64,000 bases of DNA from a virus. The notes under the pieces are model-generated. The model worked only from the letters and a program-made list of their open reading frames with translations, made no database searches and was not told the origin of the DNA. Positions 59,343-64,000 of the stretch are shown here, one piece after another. The position numbers were made by a program, and so were the translations under genes. Numbering within the stretch: the stretch's first letter is position 1; every line of letters begins with the position of its first letter. The stretch covers positions 1 to 64,000 of the IMG/VR virus record IMGVR_UViG_3300044712_000815; one strand, written 5' to 3'.

Positions 59343-61614
59343 ACATTATTTTAAAGACCGAATTCTTCACTTTTAACAAATACAATCCATGCTTTATGTT
59401 CAAATTATTTAAATTTAATGAACCATTCACTTTACCATTAAAAACTTTCTGACCTTCAATATTATATATAACAACATTATCTTTATCAGTAATATTATCA
59501 AAATGAATATAATCATTAGTTGGATTTGGATATATTTTAATAGATATTTCATTTTTTACTACATTAACACCAACATTATTAAATACATCTACTTCATTTA
59601 ATGCACTCCATTCATCATTGTGTTTAATTCTAGCTTTTATGTGTGTTGTTCCAACAAGTTCAATAATTTCATTATTGATTGCTTTTTTTGCCAATGGATT
59701 TATTTGACCACCAATCATTCTAGGATCAGAATTATCAGTAGTATAATAAATATCACCGATCATACCAACCAAATAAATTTGATTATATACATTATTATTG
59801 ACTTTTTTATTGTTTAATAATATTTTAGGTGGATCAATTGTTGGATATAATCCTGCATCAATTAACTGTTGTAATACAATATCTGTTCTATATGGAAAAT
59901 AATTATTATACAGATCATTAATTTGATTTTTCCAATCATCTTTAGTAAATGTTGTACCTCTAGTATCACCCCAACGAGCAGATTCACCAATGATAGCTAT
60001 TTCAATTTCATTAATTCTTTTTTGAAATCTATCCATTGCAACATCGGGTGTAAATACACCATCATTAAAAAATGTTTTATAAATTCTATCAGCAATTCGC
60101 ATTCTATATTCACTATTTGAAGATAGTTTATAATGTAACCATTGTGGATGAAAATCAGTAACTGTGGGAGGTTCACCACCAATATTCATATCTATTTCTA
60201 CCCTGTTTTTATTCACATCATCCAATGTTGATTCACCATCGTGATTAAAGAATACAAATCCCTTAGCTTTATCAATTCGATTGTCTACCGCATAAAAATT
60301 ATTTGGTTGGTTATCCCTCGATGTAGTAGAAGGTGCATCATAATTGCCAGTATAAAAAATAATCAACATATAATCAATTAAATTGTCAACATCGACTAAT
60401 ACTTCACTGTCATTTGTTTTTCCATTTTCATCTTTACCTTCAATAGCAAAATAATTTGCATTATTTTTAAATCCTTCATTACACATATTATAAATATGTT
60501 GCCACGAATCAAAACTACCATATTTTGCACTAACTGAAAATTTGACAGCTAATATTTCTTCATTAGCTTTTATTACATCATAATCACTTTCATCACCACC
60601 AAAATAACTTTTAGTATAATGATCATCAACTCTTTCTTGGGTTTGATATAATCCCCAATACATACCATTTAAGTATAGGTGATAATATCGGCTTCGGGTA
60701 TAGGGTCTACCCATATCACGTTGTGTATCACGAGAAAATACATCACGATTATATGTACTTAATGGATCACCTTGATTCCACGAATGATTTTGATCACAAC
60801 GAAGGTCAATCTTATCAAATTTATTAACACCTTCATCATCAAATAAAGAATATTTTAATTTTCCTACACCATATTTACTTTTGAATTCTAAATGAAACCC
60901 ATGTTTAGGGTATCCAATACACCAAGGATTAACACCGTGTCTACTCCAACCACCACGTATACTTAATCCACAATTTACATTAAACCCAGTTTCACCATTT
61001 GGATTTAATAATTCAACTGAACAAAATCGTTCCCATTTTTCACTATCGTATTGAATAATATCACCATCATTAAAACCATTTTCAGCATTTACATAAATGC
61101 CTGTTTTTGGATCAAAAAGATTTTTTAAATCTGTAACTATTGATATAGATGGAATAGCTTTAAGTGCATTAATCAAATCCGAATTATTAATTTTAGGATT
61201 CAATCCAAGATAAATTAATTGATCATTCACCATGGAAGTTGTTGGAAATCCACCTTCTGGTTTTGTTTGATTAATAACTTCATTTAAAAAAACATAAGTT
61301 TGTGTTAATGGAAACAAAACTGAATCTTTCTTTAATGATGCCCTTACAATGTAACAAGGTGTTTTTGGCCGATCAATATTACTTTTTGGATCAATGGTTA
61401 ATGAAACTGTTTTTCCACCATTTTTAACTGATAGTGATGTTTGTGGATTACTACCATCAATTGTATAAACTATCGTATAAGAATCATCAGGCACATTCAT
61501 TTTCAATTCAAATGAATTGATATAAAATCCACCATTATGATCAAATATAACTTGTGGTGTAGCAAATACACTTATATTAAGTGTCAGAAATAAAATTATC
61601 AAAAGTTTATTCAT
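59335..61614 (-). CDS. CotH-kinase family secreted protein with FN3-associated domains and T9SS C-terminal sorting domain
   Basis: Signal peptide, YTIDGSNP, IRGGWSR, LYLNGMYWGLY, NNFY, IKIYPNPT...K C-terminus. Confidence 0.85.
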   Translation of the reverse strand: MNKLLIILFLTLNISVFATPQVIFDHNGGFYINSFELKMNVPDDSYTIVYTIDGSNPQTSLSVKNGGKTVSLTIDPKSNIDRPKTPCYIVRASLKKDSVLFPLTQTYVFLNEVINQTKPEGGFPTTSMVNDQLIYLGLNPKINNSDLINALKAIPSISIVTDLKNLFDPKTGIYVNAENGFNDGDIIQYDSEKWERFCSVELLNPNGETGFNVNCGLSIRGGWSRHGVNPWCIGYPKHGFHLEFKSKYGVGKLKYSLFDDEGVNKFDKIDLRCDQNHSWNQGDPLSTYNRDVFSRDTQRDMGRPYTRSRYYHLYLNGMYWGLYQTQERVDDHYTKSYFGGDESDYDVIKANEEILAVKFSVSAKYGSFDSWQHIYNMCNEGFKNNANYFAIEGKDENGKTNDSEVLVDVDNLIDYMLIIFYTGNYDAPSTTSRDNQPNNFYAVDNRIDKAKGFVFFNHDGESTLDDVNKNRVEIDMNIGGEPPTVTDFHPQWLHYKLSSNSEYRMRIADRIYKTFFNDGVFTPDVAMDRFQKRINEIEIAIIGESARWGDTRGTTFTKDDWKNQINDLYNNYFPYRTDIVLQQLIDAGLYPTIDPPKILLNNKKVNNNVYNQIYLVGMIGDIYYTTDNSDPRMIGGQINPLAKKAINNEIIELVGTTHIKARIKHNDEWSALNEVDVFNNVGVNVVKNEISIKIYPNPTNDYIHFDNITDKDNVVIYNIEGQKVFNGKVNGSLNLNNLNIKHGLYLLKVKNSVFKIMFN

Positions 61615-61621
61615 TGCTATT

Positions 61622-62002
61622 TTAATTGTTTTTATTTAAACATAACGTATTTATATCAACAATATTAGAAAATCCTAAAAAATCTGGATTATCATTTACC
61701 CTAACCATTGGAAACATATCCATATCAGAAATATAACATTCAGTTCTGTTTTGGGGAAGATCATTTTTATATTTGTATAATTTTTTCCCAACAAAAATAT
61801 CATCTTTTGTTATTTCATAGAGTTCGATAATATCTTTGATTTTTTTAATAGTTGAAAATATTTTTCCAAAGTATTCAAATCTTTCATTTTCATCCATATG
61901 TTCCCAATTGTCCCATTCATCACCAAAATAACCTTCTGATTCAGAAATATTCCATCTCATTTCAGGAAGTGAAGTTATCAATGTTTTTAATTTGTCTATC
62001 AT
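61622..62002 (-). CDS. Hypothetical protein
   Basis: ORF track. Confidence 0.5.
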   Translation of the reverse strand: MIDKLKTLITSLPEMRWNISESEGYFGDEWDNWEHMDENERFEYFGKIFSTIKKIKDIIELYEITKDDIFVGKKLYKYKNDLPQNRTECYISDMDMFPMVRVNDNPDFLGFSNIVDINTLCLNKNN

Positions 62003-62005
62003 AAT

Positions 62006-62365
62006 CTAATTGTAGTTGTAGTAATTTTCTTTATTTAATTTTAGTATTTTTATTAGAAATTGAATAGTTTTTTCATAGAGTTCATCTTTATTCTCAGATT
62101 TTTTAAAAAAATCATTGAATTCTAATACTAACCTATCATATTGCTGAAATGTTAAATCAGTATTTCCAAATAATTTATAAAGTAAAATTTGATATGTGAT
62201 CAATGCAAAATATCTCCCATCATAATTTTTTTGAAAATCAATTGCAATATCATCAATACTCGGATAAATTGGTGAAAAATATTTAGACCATAGTGTTATT
62301 GTGGTTTTTTCACCTTCAACAATACTATTGTATTTTTCGAAATTAGGAACTACTAAGTGACCCAT
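62006..62365 (-). CDS. Hypothetical protein
   Basis: ORF behind TATATTTG promoter. Confidence 0.5.
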   Translation of the reverse strand: MGHLVVPNFEKYNSIVEGEKTTITLWSKYFSPIYPSIDDIAIDFQKNYDGRYFALITYQILLYKLFGNTDLTFQQYDRLVLEFNDFFKKSENKDELYEKTIQFLIKILKLNKENYYNYN

Positions 62366-62484
62366 AAATTGTTGTTTTAAATTATGCTACAAATATACGA
62401 ATTTTTATTGAAATAACAATGAAATAATAAATAAAATAAAGGAAACCAAATCTTTTAATATATATGAAAAAATAATATTTAAAA

Positions 62485-64000
62485 ATGGCAACATATAATC
62501 GCTATAATCAACCAAATTCAATGTATGAATTTGGAAAAGGTAATACTGGAAAAAGTTTTGGTAACAAATTATTAAGAAGGTTAAGTAATTTTGGTATGGA
62601 TGATCAGGAAATGGTAGTTAAAAATAGTCAAGCTGTTGGTGCATTTCAAGATACTAGTAACTTACTATATGAACCAGGCACAAATATGTATGATTTATTT
62701 ACTAAAAAAGTAATATCTAAAATATTAGAAAAAAAATCAATTGCATATTTAGATCGAAGATATCTAGATAAAAGAAAAATTTTACATCAATATGCAATTA
62801 AAGAAGAAATTAAAGATTATATAACAAGGATATCAGAAGAAGCTATTAACTATGATGATGATAATTATTTTTGTAGTGTTACAGATTTACCTGAAATGTA
62901 TGATCAATCAATTAGGATAAAATATCAAGAAAATTTTAAGAAAATTTATAATTCTTTCGGTTTTAATGATGGTCTTACTGCATGGAATTATATGAAAACA
63001 TTTTTGATAGATGGGTTTTTGGCATATGAACTTGTTTATGATGATGATCAAAAAAATATTATTGATCTTAATTTATTGGATCCATTAACATTAATTGTTG
63101 CTGCTGAACCGGGAACTGGAACTGTAGTTTGGATTCAAAATCCAGATTTACCACAATTAAGAAGGGTTTTATTAGATGCAAATATTGTTTACATATCATA
63201 TTCGAATAATTTGGACTATGATGAAACAAGTTATGTTGAAGGTCTTATTAAACCATATAACCAACTTAAATTATTAGAATTTACAAAGTTGATGTATAAT
63301 TTAAATCAAGCATCAATTTATAAAAAATTTATTATACCTGTTGATGGATTAACACGACAACAAGGTGAACAACAAATCACACAATTGATGAGTGAATATC
63401 ATGAAGACATTGAATGGGATGATAGAACAGGGATACCATATATTAATGGTTCAACAAAAATCCCACATTCAAAAGATATTTGGTTGCCAAAATCAGATAA
63501 TGGTGGATCACCAGAAGTTGAAATTATTCAGCCACAACAAGCTGAGTTAAATGAAGATGTAACATTACAATGGTTTTATAAAGGATTAAAACGTGCATCA
63601 AAAATGCCTTTTTCTAGATTGGATGAAGATCAAGGTGGTGGAAATTTTTATGATGATACTGCATCAATTACTATGGATGAAATCAGATTCAAAACTTTTG
63701 TTAATCGTTTAAGAACATTATTTAAAGAAGTTTTAGTTAAACCGTTGAAAATTCAAATGGTTTTAGATTTTCCTGAATTAGAAAAAGATAAATTATTTGA
63801 TAGTTATATTAAAATTAAATTTAATTCAAATGATTTATTCGAAGAATGGAAATATTTAAATAATTTATCAAAAAGAGCTGAAATAGCATCAACATTATCT
63901 TCTAATTTAGTGGATGCTGATGGAAAACCATACTTGAGTATTGAATTTTTAATCAGAAAAATAATGAAATTTACTGATGAAGATATTGAATTAAATAACA
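62485..64000 (+). CDS. Portal protein (T4 gp20-like), runs off window end
   Basis: MATYNRYN...FLIDGFLAYE, IKPYNQLKLLE, DIWLPK...PEVE, MPFSRL, DEIRF; late promoter. Confidence 0.85.
   Translation, partial: MATYNRYNQPNSMYEFGKGNTGKSFGNKLLRRLSNFGMDDQEMVVKNSQAVGAFQDTSNLLYEPGTNMYDLFTKKVISKILEKKSIAYLDRRYLDKRKILHQYAIKEEIKDYITRISEEAINYDDDNYFCSVTDLPEMYDQSIRIKYQENFKKIYNSFGFNDGLTAWNYMKTFLIDGFLAYELVYDDDQKNIIDLNLLDPLTLIVAAEPGTGTVVWIQNPDLPQLRRVLLDANIVYISYSNNLDYDETSYVEGLIKPYNQLKLLEFTKLMYNLNQASIYKKFIIPVDGLTRQQGEQQITQLMSEYHEDIEWDDRTGIPYINGSTKIPHSKDIWLPKSDNGGSPEVEIIQPQQAELNEDVTLQWFYKGLKRASKMPFSRLDEDQGGGNFYDDTASITMDEIRFKTFVNRLRTLFKEVLVKPLKIQMVLDFPELEKDKLFDSYIKIKFNSNDLFEEWKYLNNLSKRAEIASTLSSNLVDADGKPYLSIEFLIRKIMKFTDEDIELNN

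Overview
AT-rich (roughly 20-25% GC) fragment of a large T4-like myophage (jumbo phage). The host is most likely Bacteroidota: TTTG-N20-TAnnTTTG promoters, A-rich leaders without Shine-Dalgarno sites, a T9SS C-terminal domain and boxA-like sites. Core genes include tail sheath, tail tube, baseplate hub chaperones, a gp15-like protein, gp4, portal (partial), clamp loader, RNase H, a gp55-like late sigma and an ECF sigma. Accessory genes include homing endonucleases, prs, a LAGLIDADG-dUTPase fusion, Hsp20, a GluR0-like channel, a CotH kinase and many small proteins with a T4-like capsid-targeting N-terminus. The most striking content is an RNA-centred, translation-related system. (1) A 20-gene Pro/Ala/Thr/Gly/Val/Arg tRNA and tRNA-like array sits behind a leader-peptide attenuator whose control codons are exactly those six families. 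(2) The array holds non-canonical tRNAs: D-armless Arg, long-variable-arm class I tRNAs and Gly-ACC. (3) A five-copy stem + CAGCAA ncRNA scaffold occurs in the array and upstream of a DUF2828 (TROVE/Ro-like + vWA) gene; two copies display isolated anticodon stem-loops. (4) A stand-alone copy of the 23S rRNA uL11-binding domain lies among the scaffolds. (5) A tmRNA carries an unusually long tag. All calls come from reading the sequence and recalling motifs; no searches were run.
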